DNA of 64,000 nt from Marispirochaeta sp. (GCA_963676835.2 CAXXFF010000002.1:1824001-1888000), one strand, 5' to 3'; numbered from the stretch's first letter, positions 53,076 through 62,497 are shown. The notes: a model not told the origin generated them from the letters alone. Numbers and translations are program-made.

Positions 53076-54245
53076 ATGAAAATTACGGAAATAGAAACTT
53101 TTATATTACGGGTACCTTTAAAAGGAAAAACCTTTCTTTCCTCCCAGTGTTCCTTCCCGGAACGTAACAGCCTTCTGGTTAAAATAACTACAGATAACGG
53201 CCATATCGGCTGGGGAGAGGGTGGCCAGTACGGACCACCGGAACCGGTTAAGGCTTGCATCGATCATGTTCTTGGCCCCCGATTGCTGGGTCAGGATCCC
53301 ATGAACCGGGTTGTGCTCTCCGAGCAGATGTATGCGGCAACTCGCGATTTTGGTCAGCGGGGGCCTTATATTGAAGGTATCAGTGCGCTGGATATTGCCA
53401 TGTGGGACATTGCCGGCAGATATCTGAATCAGCCTGTAAGCGTCCTTCTCGGCGGTGCCTACCGGGAAAGTATTTCCGCTTATGCTACAGGAGGCTACTA
53501 TCCGATTGCGGATTTTGAAGATGGAAAAGTCGACTACGAATCACTACGGTCCGAGGCTGAGGGGTATCTGAGAAAGGGCTTTACCATGATTAAAATGAAG
53601 ATAGGACTCCTGTCTCTGGAGGAAGATTATAACCGGGTTAAGACGATTCGGGATGTTGTCGGCCAGGATTTTAAAATCATGATCGACTGTAACCATGCCT
53701 ATAACGCAGCATCAGCCGCAAAAATGATCCGTCTCCTGGAGTCGCTGAAGATCGAGTTTCTGGAAGAACCTGTGCCTCCTGAGGACCTTACAGGATATTC
53801 ACGGCTCCGTGAGTGGTCTCCAATTCGTATTGCCGGGGGGGAATGTTTTTATACCGGCTACGATTTTCGTACAACTCTGGAGAAAGGGGCAGTAGATATT
53901 CTGCAGCCTGATATCTGTGTAACCGGTGGGTTTACAGAATTCTTGAAAATTCGTTCTCTCGCGTTTGTGTATAACACCATGCTAATACCCCATGTCTGGG
54001 GATCTGGAATTGCCTTTGCCGCTGCACTCCAGGCGATAAGCACAATTCCGGCGTTTCCATACACCGCTAATAATGTTCCCCTGCAGAATGTTCCCATGGT
54101 AGAATTTGATCAAAGCCCCAATCCTCTACGGGATGAACTTCTGGTGGAAAAGTTTGTATTGGAGGAGGGGAAGGTGGCGGTTCCCTGTAGAGCGGGGCTT
54201 GGAGTTACCATTGATCCGGATGTACTTGAGAAATATGCAGTGTGA
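53076..54245 (+). CDS. Mandelate racemase/muconate lactonizing enzyme family (acid-sugar dehydratase-like)
   Basis: DIAMWDI, KMKIG, DCN, EEP, GE, QPD, PH. Confidence 0.9.
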   Translation: MKITEIETFILRVPLKGKTFLSSQCSFPERNSLLVKITTDNGHIGWGEGGQYGPPEPVKACIDHVLGPRLLGQDPMNRVVLSEQMYAATRDFGQRGPYIEGISALDIAMWDIAGRYLNQPVSVLLGGAYRESISAYATGGYYPIADFEDGKVDYESLRSEAEGYLRKGFTMIKMKIGLLSLEEDYNRVKTIRDVVGQDFKIMIDCNHAYNAASAAKMIRLLESLKIEFLEEPVPPEDLTGYSRLREWSPIRIAGGECFYTGYDFRTTLEKGAVDILQPDICVTGGFTEFLKIRSLAFVYNTMLIPHVWGSGIAFAAALQAISTIPAFPYTANNVPLQNVPMVEFDQSPNPLRDELLVEKFVLEEGKVAVPCRAGLGVTIDPDVLEKYAV

Positions 54246-54266
54246 ACGGTTATGGTTAAGCCTGGT

Positions 54267-54920
54267 CTATGACTGGTACCGGATTAATGCATCCCGGGTG
54301 TTACGGATATGCAGACGCATGGCACTCTCGGCTGCTTCCGGTCCGGTCCGCAGCCCCTGTAATATTTGAAGGTGTTCGACGTAGGATTCTTCAATCCGCT
54401 TCGGAATCAAGGCCGCATCCCTGTGCTCCTTGTCGAGAAGAGTCCGGTAGTTATTCAGAATTTCCTTTATACGCCTGTTCTGGGAGATTTCTATAATCAG
54501 GCGGTGAAGTTTTTCTCCGGCTTCTTCGGCAGCACTCTGGAAAATGGAAATTTCTGATTCAATGCGTGCGGCAGTGAACTGTACTTCAAGTTCTGCAAGC
54601 AGTTCTGGCGATAATCTTCCGGCAGACAAAGAGGCTGCCATGCCTTCAATGGCTTCACGGATCTGAAACAGCTCAATGATATCGTGTAGGCTTATCCGAC
54701 GGATGAATGCACCTTTGCGGGGAATTATCTCGACGATTCCCTCCTTCTCAAGCTGGAGAAATGCTTCCCGCACCGGAGTTCGGCTAATTTGCAGCCGGGT
54801 GGAGATTTCAACCTCGTTGAGTGGATCCCCCTGGTTCAGTTCGTTTGCCAGGTAGAGTGAGGAGAGATGGTCGTAGACCTGCTGTTTCAGGGATTGTGGC
54901 TTTCTGTTTTCAGGCAGCAT
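54267..54920 (-). CDS. GntR/FCD transcription regulator
   Basis: ISRTPVREA. Confidence 0.92.
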   Translation of the reverse strand: MLPENRKPQSLKQQVYDHLSSLYLANELNQGDPLNEVEISTRLQISRTPVREAFLQLEKEGIVEIIPRKGAFIRRISLHDIIELFQIREAIEGMAASLSAGRLSPELLAELEVQFTAARIESEISIFQSAAEEAGEKLHRLIIEISQNRRIKEILNNYRTLLDKEHRDAALIPKRIEESYVEHLQILQGLRTGPEAAESAMRLHIRNTRDALIRYQS

Positions 54921-54974
54921 TTTTTCGTGTATATTCCTCTCAATCTGACATTAAAAATGCCTGATAGAAACTAT

Positions 54975-55580
54975 TTATACCACATTTGCGCGCAGAGATC
55001 GAATCGCGGCCTCAATATCACCGACTTCCACTGCTTTTAGAATATTTTGATGCTCAGTTACCCTGTGATTTAGATCACGCAAACTTGAATAGCTGGGAAT
55101 AGTCCTGTTTCGTACCATTTCCCACAGATTAAGCACATGATCTTCCGGGTGAAGAACAATAAAGAACCGGTGAAAGCTGATATCAGTTTCAATATACTCA
55201 TCCAGATTATCATTATTGGCAGCCGATTCCATCCCGGATAATATTTCTTTCCAGGCAGGAAGATAGTTTTCCTTCAGATTCTGCCATACCTTGCGAAGCA
55301 CAAACTCCTCAATTTCAAGACGAATATGAATAATAAGATCCACAACCTCCTGTTCTGGTGATCCTGCTACCTTTGTTCCTACATTGGGGGTCATTTCCAC
55401 TATGCCCTCCCGCATAAGCAGCTGCAGGGCCGCACGGATTGTCCCCCTGCTTACTTCAAAGCGGTCTGAAAGCTGCTGCTCTTTTAGCAGAGTGTTCCGC
55501 GGGAGGCTCCCGGAGAGTATCTCTATGCGTATTCTATACGCTATCTGTTCAGAGATGGTTCTGTAAATACCTCGTGCCAT
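54975..55580 (-). CDS. GntR/FCD transcription regulator
   Basis: VSRGTIRAAL, DISFH, TEH. Confidence 0.9.
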   Translation of the reverse strand: MARGIYRTISEQIAYRIRIEILSGSLPRNTLLKEQQLSDRFEVSRGTIRAALQLLMREGIVEMTPNVGTKVAGSPEQEVVDLIIHIRLEIEEFVLRKVWQNLKENYLPAWKEILSGMESAANNDNLDEYIETDISFHRFFIVLHPEDHVLNLWEMVRNRTIPSYSSLRDLNHRVTEHQNILKAVEVGDIEAAIRSLRANVV

Positions 55581-55642
55581 ATAATTCCTTCCTGATGGAT
55601 TAAATTACCCTGTTAAAGCGAGGTTGTCTATCTTAATGCTAA

Positions 55643-55667
55643 TTGACAATTGTTGACAATTGACAAT
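55643..55667. promoter_or_regulatory. Triple TTGACAA repeat, candidate GntR operator/promoter
   Basis: TTGACAATTGTTGACAATTGACAA in the divergent intergenic region. Confidence 0.55.
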
Positions 55668-55717
55668 AGGGGCATGCTGTAATAGTATTTCCTGAGAACA
55701 AACTAAGGAGATAAACT

Positions 55718-56863
55718 ATGAAAATTGTAAGTGTTGAGGCATTCCCTGTGGAATTTCCCCTGAAGGTTCCTTCCCGGGATGCCACCGGAATATGGAACAG
55801 CTGGAATACGGTTATTATTAAAATCACCGCAGCTGATGGAACCTGCGGCTACGGAGAAGCTGGCCCTATACACGGCGGTGGAATCCCCATTTTCACAGCC
55901 ATTGTTGAGCACAGACTGGCTGGGCTTCTCTTGGGGGAAAACCCTTTTGACCGAGAGCGGATCTATGAAAAACTTCTCGGCAGAGGATCAGGTGCCTATG
56001 CTCTCGGTCAAAAAGGAGCTATTGTCACCGCAATAGCTGGAGTAGATATTGCTTTGTGGGACCTCACTGGAAAGATCCTGAAAACACCGGTCTACAACCT
56101 TCTCGGAGGCTGTGTTTATGAAAAAATTCCCGCATATGCCTCTGGTTTCTTTGGCAAAGACGGGAGGGCGCTTACTGCGGAAGAGTGCGCAGAAGAAGCC
56201 AGGTGTTATGTTGATCAGGGGTTCAAAGGTGTTAAGATGAAGGTCGGTTTCGGGCGGGATCGCGACCTTAAGAACCTGGCAGCAGTTCGTAAAGCTCTGG
56301 GACCGGATCTGGGCATTATGGTGGATGCCAACCAGAGCTATTCTTATCATGATGTTCTGAAAACAGCCAATGAGCTTGCAGCATTTGATCTTACTTTTCT
56401 TGAAGAACCTCTTCCCATTAACGATCTGGATGGTATGGCATCCCTGGTGCAGAATACTGCAACCCCCATCGCTGCAGGCGAGAATTATTATACCCGGTAC
56501 GAGTTTCGGGAAGTGATAGCACGACGAGCAGTAAATATTATTCAGCCGGATATTATTCATGCCGGAGGTATCGCAGAAACAAAAAAGGTCGCATCCATGG
56601 CACTGGCCCATAATATACCCCTGGCGCCTCACATTCATGCGACAGTCGGTGTCCCTGCAAGCATCCATCTACTTGCCTCATGTTCAAATACTCTCGCCGC
56701 GGAATATATTACCTCCGGCGGTTCCTATGACCTGCGGCTTGCCATGTTCGGAGATTGCTGCCTTGTGGATAAAGACGGATATGTTCCCGTACCTCAGGAG
56801 CCGGGGCTTGGCATACGGATGAACGAGGAGATCTTTGAAAGATTTAGGCCGAAGAAAAAATAG
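55718..56863 (+). CDS. Mandelate racemase/muconate lactonizing enzyme family
   Basis: DIALWDL, KMKVG, DANQ, EEP, GEN, QPD, PH. Confidence 0.9.
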   Translation: MKIVSVEAFPVEFPLKVPSRDATGIWNSWNTVIIKITAADGTCGYGEAGPIHGGGIPIFTAIVEHRLAGLLLGENPFDRERIYEKLLGRGSGAYALGQKGAIVTAIAGVDIALWDLTGKILKTPVYNLLGGCVYEKIPAYASGFFGKDGRALTAEECAEEARCYVDQGFKGVKMKVGFGRDRDLKNLAAVRKALGPDLGIMVDANQSYSYHDVLKTANELAAFDLTFLEEPLPINDLDGMASLVQNTATPIAAGENYYTRYEFREVIARRAVNIIQPDIIHAGGIAETKKVASMALAHNIPLAPHIHATVGVPASIHLLASCSNTLAAEYITSGGSYDLRLAMFGDCCLVDKDGYVPVPQEPGLGIRMNEEIFERFRPKKK

Positions 56864-56916
56864 CTGGTAATCAATATTGCTGATAAAAAGGTTCAACTCT
56901 TAGCACTGGAATGATC

Positions 56917-57204
56917 GGCCAGCGGTTTGCGAAGCAACACCGCGAGCCCGAGATTGTGGCAGGGTTTTCTGAAGGAAAATCCCGAGAACAAGCGAAGGAA
57001 GCCCGACTACAAAAAAAGCCCCATTCTTTCGAATGGAACAAAAACTGAAGCCGAAGGGCTGGGCCAGCGGTTTGCCGAAGGCAACACCGCGAGCCGAGTC
57101 AACGGCAGGGTTTTCCCGGAGGGAAAATCCCGAGAGTTGACGAAGAAGCCCGAAAAAGAAAAGGGTTCCGCTCTTTCGAACGGAACCCTTTTCTTTTTCG
57201 GGCT
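56917..57204. repeat. Structured repeat, tandem copies C (partial) and D
   Basis: GGCCAGCGGTTTGC..GCAACACCGCGAGCC occurs at 56917 and 57062. Confidence 0.9.
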
Positions 57205-57271
57205 GGGCGGATTTGAACCGCCGACCCCTTGTCCCCCAGACAAGTACGCTAAACCACTGCGCTACAGCCCG
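57198..57271 (-). tRNA. tRNA-Pro(GGG), CCA not encoded
   Basis: CGGGCTGTAGCGCAGTGGTTTAGCGTACTTGTCTGGGGGACAAGGGGTCGGCGGTTCAAATCCGCCCAGCCCGA folds as a cloverleaf; TTGACA box upstream at 57312-57307. Confidence 0.97.
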
Positions 57272-57422
57272 ATGTGAGCACCAAAATAGCACAATGGCAG
57301 AAGGAATGTCAACTCATTACAGCAGGCAAATTGTATCTCCCTTCTTCCTGACTTTTTACCTTTGTCTTTACCTCAGAAGAGTATACTGGTAGACTTTGGT
57401 TTAACCTGAATGGGAGAAAAGT

Positions 57423-58598
57423 ATGTCCCGTAAATATGTTGATTTCCTTCAAACCGTTTCATTTTTCAGTCACCTGGATACCCAATATCTTGAAGAACTT
57501 GCCCGCTACTGCCGGGAGACCATATACAAGCCGGGAGAGCTGATTTTCCGGGAAGGGGATATTGCCGACCGCTTTTTTATTCTCATGGAAGGCCAGGTTG
57601 AGGTCTGGAAGAATTACGACAGCCCCAGTGCGGATCTGCTTACAGTCCATGGTCCGGGTAAACCCTTCGGCGAAATGGCGCTTGTTGATTCTCTTCCCCG
57701 GTATGCCACCCTCAGAGCCCGGGTTGAATCAACTACCCTGGCTGTGCATGAAGATGACTTTATGACCCTTATTAGTGAGAACTCCGCGGTGGCCCTTGCT
57801 GTTATCAGGTCTCTTTCGGCCATGGTGCGGAGATCTAACGACAGTCTTCTTGAAGACCTCAAAAACCGTAACCAGGAGCTGGAATTCGCAGTTCGGGAAC
57901 TCAGAGAAGCCCAGGATCAGCTTATCCGGCAGGAACGCTTAAGCAACCTGGGGAAGTTCTCATCCATGATTCTCCACGATATCCGTAACCCTATTTCCAT
58001 TGTTCAGGGCTACGCCGAAATCCTCAAAAGGTCTGAAGATCTTCCTGAAAAATATATCGAATATGCGGAGAATATCATCAGTGAGTCCGACCGGCTGGCA
58101 GGGCTTGCCAATGAGTTTCTGGACTATTCCAGAGGGGAAATCCGCCTTGATTTTTCTCCTGTAGAGCTGGAACCCTTTATTCATAAGCTTGAATCGGTGG
58201 TGCGGCGCCGTTTTGGTTCCAAAAAAGCCGAGCTTAAGTTTGAGGTTGAGGGAATCCGCACTGCAATATTTGATTCAGCCCGTATTTTTCGGGTGCTGGT
58301 TAATCTCACAGAAAATGCCCGTAAAGCCATGAGCCGGGAAGGGGAGCTTCTCGTACGCTTCGATACCACCGATGAGTCTTTAAGGATTCTGGTTAAAGAT
58401 TCAGGCGAAGGGATGAGCGAAGAGGTTGTAAAGCATGTGTTTGAGCCCTTCTATTCTTCATCCAGTCAGGGGGGAACCGGCCTTGGTATGCTTATCGTAA
58501 AGAATATTATCGATGCCCATCATGGGGATATCCTTATCTCATCCACCCCTGGTGAAGGTACGGAAATCACCATCCATCTCCCCTTGAGAAAGGTATAG
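57423..58598 (+). CDS. Cyclic-nucleotide-binding domain histidine kinase
   Basis: IFREGD..FGEMAL...PRYAT; HDIRNP; DSGEG, FEPFYS, GTGLG. Confidence 0.9.
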   Translation: MSRKYVDFLQTVSFFSHLDTQYLEELARYCRETIYKPGELIFREGDIADRFFILMEGQVEVWKNYDSPSADLLTVHGPGKPFGEMALVDSLPRYATLRARVESTTLAVHEDDFMTLISENSAVALAVIRSLSAMVRRSNDSLLEDLKNRNQELEFAVRELREAQDQLIRQERLSNLGKFSSMILHDIRNPISIVQGYAEILKRSEDLPEKYIEYAENIISESDRLAGLANEFLDYSRGEIRLDFSPVELEPFIHKLESVVRRRFGSKKAELKFEVEGIRTAIFDSARIFRVLVNLTENARKAMSREGELLVRFDTTDESLRILVKDSGEGMSEEVVKHVFEPFYSSSSQGGTGLGMLIVKNIIDAHHGDILISSTPGEGTEITIHLPLRKV

Positions 58599-58600
58599 CA

Positions 58601-59521
58601 ATGGCTAAGAAGAACAGTAACCAGCCTCTGTTGATTCTTGTTGGCGGGCTTGTCCTGGTGCTGGCCATGATAACCGGTTTGACCAATGTTGATGTCGATT
58701 CCATGCTAGACAGCATAACCAGTACTATAAGTGAAGCTGCAGGGGGGAGTTCCGGAAACAGTTCGGAAAATGTTGACCGGGGTAAGAGTTCAGACCTGTC
58801 CGGTTCTCTTGGTGATGATATTGCTGCCTTTCTCAAAAATCCCGAATCCCTTGCTCTGCCTCCGGAACTTCCGGGCGTACTGCTTACCCGGGAAGGATTT
58901 ATCGTTGTCTACAGTATGGATTATATGGTGCCGCTGTGGGTTGGCTATGAGCTGACCGGGGAGGAGGTGGAAGGGGATCTTCCTCGTGAGGATGGTTTCC
59001 GGAAGGATCCTGAACTTGGTTCTGACGCACCTTCTTCTGCGGATTATACCGGTACAGGTTATGACCGGGGCCATATGATTCCCGCAGCGGATGCTAAATG
59101 GTCACAGGACGCCATGGAAGACAGTTTTCTCATGTCAAATGTAGTGCCGCAGATTCCCGAACTAAACAGGGGAAGCTGGAAAGATCTGGAAGAAGCAATA
59201 CGAAATCTGGCTCTTGATGAGAAGTCTCTTATTGTAATCACCGGACCGGTTATTGCAGATAAAGAATATCCTGTACTCGGTGATTCCGGAGTTATTGTTC
59301 CCGAGTATTTCTTTAAAGTAATTCTGGACTACTCCGAACCCGGAGTTTCCGCCTGGGGATTTATATTCCCCAACAGGGAAGAGGCTCTGGAAGGCCGGAA
59401 ATACTCGGATTTTATGTTTTCTATTGATCAGGTAGAACAGTACACCGGCTACGATTTCTTTGCTCCCCTCCCGGACGAAATGGAAGATGCCCTGGAGAAG
59501 AGCAAAGGTCCTGTATTCTAA
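58601..59521 (+). CDS. DNA/RNA non-specific endonuclease, membrane anchored
   Basis: GYDRGHMIPA, SNVVPQ..LNRGSW..LE; N-terminal TM helix. Confidence 0.92.
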   Translation: MAKKNSNQPLLILVGGLVLVLAMITGLTNVDVDSMLDSITSTISEAAGGSSGNSSENVDRGKSSDLSGSLGDDIAAFLKNPESLALPPELPGVLLTREGFIVVYSMDYMVPLWVGYELTGEEVEGDLPREDGFRKDPELGSDAPSSADYTGTGYDRGHMIPAADAKWSQDAMEDSFLMSNVVPQIPELNRGSWKDLEEAIRNLALDEKSLIVITGPVIADKEYPVLGDSGVIVPEYFFKVILDYSEPGVSAWGFIFPNREEALEGRKYSDFMFSIDQVEQYTGYDFFAPLPDEMEDALEKSKGPVF

Positions 59522-62325
59522 TTTTCCGGCAACTGTCGCAGCTGAATCAGATTGTCCGTGTCAAGCATTGCGGCAGCAGTCCGCCGGACAGAATCGGCAT
59601 CAACTATAGAACGGTATTCTTCCGGGGTAAGCAGATCTTCCGGGTTTCGCCCTTCTTTAAAGGCGGATTCAAAGAAACCGGTCCAGAAGCTGTTCTGTTC
59701 CAGCTGTTCTTCGTAGGAACGCATGTATGCCTCTTCCACGTTGTTAACAAAGCGTTCCTCCGGTCCCTGTTCAGCAAGTTCCTCACAGACCGCAAGCACT
59801 GCCTGTGTCAGTTCCTCCACCCGGTCCGGATCAGAACCGAAATATATTCCCGCCTCTGTGTATTCATAGGGAACAGTATGTAGATCTGCCCAGGCGGAAA
59901 TACTGTAGGTTCCTCCCATCTCCTCCCGTATTCGTTCTCCCAGAATGTTATCCAGAATGGAAGCTGTTGCGCTTATAAGCACTGCCTTTTCCGGCGTCCA
60001 TGTATCCTGGTAGTTGAACATCAAAAGCTGGGTTGCCTGGTTTTCTATTCCCTTTTGTATTGTCTCTGCCACAGGACGTTCTACAGGGCGGATTCCGTTA
60101 TCCTGTACATTTTCCCGTTTGTGCGAAGCGGGCAGCGCTGCCAGATAGATTTCCGCCAGCTTTCGCACTGTCTGTAGGTCGGTGTCCCCGGTGACTATTA
60201 CGGTAAAATCCCCGGCATTGGCAAAACGGTCGTTGTAGACCTGTTCTGCAGTATTCAGGTCCATTTCCGACACTTTTTCCAGTGTAAAGGGCTCTCTTCT
60301 TGGGCTTCCACTGCTGAGGATCTGTGTGAGGGTGTCCGAAAAAAGGGTACGGGGAGATTTGTCGCGGTTGGATACAGAGGCGGCTATCCGGGACTGTACC
60401 GATTGGAATGCTTCCTGATCAAAGCGCGGCGCAGTAAACGCCAGATGAATCAGCTGAAACAGATATTCAAGATCTTTTGTAGAGGATGATCCGCTAAAGC
60501 CTTCGTAATAGGCACCTATATAGCTGGAGAACTCGGCATCCTTGTCGGCAAGAAACTTGTCCAGTTCCTGGGCGGTAAAATCTCCCAGGCCGCTCTCTTT
60601 CTGAATCAGTACTGCCGTGCGTGCTGCGGTCAGTTCCTCCAGGGGCAGCAGGCTTTCTCCTCCGGGACTGAAGGCAGAGAGAATGACCCGGTTGGTGTCA
60701 AAATCGGTCTGCTTAAAGCCCAGGCGCAGACCATTGGACAGGGTCAGCAGGCTCATATCCACCGCGGGATAGTATTCTTCAGAAACAATCGAGCCCGGTG
60801 CGGGCAGCGCGGGAACAAGCTCCGAGGCTATGGCTTCTTCGCTGTAGGGGGGAACATTCAGGCTGGCTGTTTCTTTCCTTATGCTGCGGATATCTTCTGC
60901 AGTAGGGGGGGCCTCACCTTCGGGCAGGATCAGGCTGATCAGGGTGCCCTGTGAAGGAAAGAACTCGGCGGTCAGTCCCTCTACTTCATTGAGACTGACC
61001 AGGGGAATCTCCGTCATAAAGAGATTGTGTTCATATTCAATTCCGGGCATTCCGGTTTTTTCAAGATAGTAGTCCCCGATCTCTTTCACGATACTGGAGG
61101 ACTGCCGGTTTTCCCGTTCCAGCCAGGCGTTTTCAATAGCCTTGAGCACCCGGGCCTTTTCTCTGTCCAGTTCGCTTTGGGTAAAGCCGTGAAGCTGTAC
61201 CCTCCGTACTTCGGTCAGCAGCTCCTTCAATGACCGGAGTAGAGTCTCTCCCGGGGCTCTGGCAGAAAGATAGCTCAGCTCAACCGGCCGGAGGTAGCGG
61301 TAGTTGGTTCCGCCTGCCCGCAGAAAAGGAGGCTCCACCTCTTTCGTGCGGTCTTCAAGGCGGGAGTTGAGCATGTTCCAGAAGAGAATTTCCCGTATGG
61401 TCTGCTGATAATCCTCTCTTGTTTCGAGCTGCCGGGGCTCCATGGGAGTAAGCAGTTCGGCTCTTCCCATGGTCAGTTCCGGATCGGTAAGAACGATTTC
61501 CCGGTTTTCCGATATAAAGGGAACAGAGTATTCCGGCCGTTTTTCGGCATTTTCGGGTGCCGGATAATCAAATGCATTGCGGATAAGCTCTTCTGCCTTT
61601 TCCGAACTGATATCACCGGCTACGGCGACAGCCATGTTGGCTGGAATATACCAGGTGGAATAAAAGTCCCTGATGCGCTCGGCCGGGGTATTCATTACAT
61701 CTTCCATATCGCCGATGGGCTTCCGCTCTGCATAACGGGAGCCTTTTAGCAGTTCCGCTATCTGTTTGTCCCGGATTCGTGCCTCGGCACTGCGCCGGAG
61801 CCTCCACTCTTCCCTGACAACAAGTCGTTCATCATCAATGGCTTTCTCCTCAAGCAGAAGGCCATTTGCCCAGTCCCTCAGCACGATAAAGGCTTTTTCT
61901 ACGGCTTCAGGATTATCCGCCGGGAGTTCCAGCTGATAGACGGTTTCATCATAGGTGGTATATGCATTCAAATCCGGACCAAATTCCATGCCCTGGGCTT
62001 CAAGAAACTCTTCAAGGTGATTTGCAGCAAAGTGTTCACTGCCGTTAAAAGCCATATGTTCCAACAGGTGAGCGATCCCTTCCTGATCGTCATCTTCCAG
62101 GATGGAACCGGCATTAACAAATAGTCTGAGAACTATGCGGTTTTCCGGTTCATGGTTTTCGCGGATAAAGTAGGTAAGGCCGTTGGCAAGGGTTCCCCGG
62201 CTTACCTGGGGATCAAAGGGAAGGGGAGTTGTGTCATGTGGTTGAAGACCGGCACAGCTGCCGGCAAGGATAACCAGTAGTACGGCGGCTGCCGCGGTAA
62301 ACAGTACTTTTGGCAGTTTTACCAT
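59518..62325 (-). CDS. M16 zinc peptidase lipoprotein (PqqL-like)
   Basis: AHLLEHMAFNGS (HxxEH), NAYT; lipobox AGSC. Confidence 0.92.
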   Translation of the reverse strand: MVKLPKVLFTAAAAVLLVILAGSCAGLQPHDTTPLPFDPQVSRGTLANGLTYFIRENHEPENRIVLRLFVNAGSILEDDDQEGIAHLLEHMAFNGSEHFAANHLEEFLEAQGMEFGPDLNAYTTYDETVYQLELPADNPEAVEKAFIVLRDWANGLLLEEKAIDDERLVVREEWRLRRSAEARIRDKQIAELLKGSRYAERKPIGDMEDVMNTPAERIRDFYSTWYIPANMAVAVAGDISSEKAEELIRNAFDYPAPENAEKRPEYSVPFISENREIVLTDPELTMGRAELLTPMEPRQLETREDYQQTIREILFWNMLNSRLEDRTKEVEPPFLRAGGTNYRYLRPVELSYLSARAPGETLLRSLKELLTEVRRVQLHGFTQSELDREKARVLKAIENAWLERENRQSSSIVKEIGDYYLEKTGMPGIEYEHNLFMTEIPLVSLNEVEGLTAEFFPSQGTLISLILPEGEAPPTAEDIRSIRKETASLNVPPYSEEAIASELVPALPAPGSIVSEEYYPAVDMSLLTLSNGLRLGFKQTDFDTNRVILSAFSPGGESLLPLEELTAARTAVLIQKESGLGDFTAQELDKFLADKDAEFSSYIGAYYEGFSGSSSTKDLEYLFQLIHLAFTAPRFDQEAFQSVQSRIAASVSNRDKSPRTLFSDTLTQILSSGSPRREPFTLEKVSEMDLNTAEQVYNDRFANAGDFTVIVTGDTDLQTVRKLAEIYLAALPASHKRENVQDNGIRPVERPVAETIQKGIENQATQLLMFNYQDTWTPEKAVLISATASILDNILGERIREEMGGTYSISAWADLHTVPYEYTEAGIYFGSDPDRVEELTQAVLAVCEELAEQGPEERFVNNVEEAYMRSYEEQLEQNSFWTGFFESAFKEGRNPEDLLTPEEYRSIVDADSVRRTAAAMLDTDNLIQLRQLPEN

Positions 62326-62437
62326 AAAGGGACTCCTGAAATAATTCCTTCGCAATTAGAAAGGTAACACCAATGGGGTAAATAGCCAACAGCTGTTTTT
62401 ATGCGGCAAAAGGTAGAACTCTGCTATTTCAGGCAAA

Positions 62438-62478
62438 AAAATGTCCCTGCTGGCTGTAAAGCACCGCAGGGACATTTC
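62438..62478 (-). terminator. Intrinsic terminator of asd
   Basis: AAATGTCCCTGC...GCAGGGACATTT, giving a U-tract on the minus strand. Confidence 0.75.
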
Positions 62479-62497
62479 CATTTTTCGATGGAAAATT

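Larger units (their letters stand above)
29407..57245. mobile_element. tRNA-Pro-integrated genomic island (~27.7 kb), no integrase present
   Basis: Direct repeat of tRNA 3' end at both borders; AT-richer segments, pseudogenes, IS21 and catabolic cargo inside. Confidence 0.85.

Noticed and set aside
56900..57292. ORFs over the tRNA and repeats (also 29175-29493 and 52553-52864)
   Set aside because: They are translations of tRNA and repeat DNA; indels between copies break the frames.
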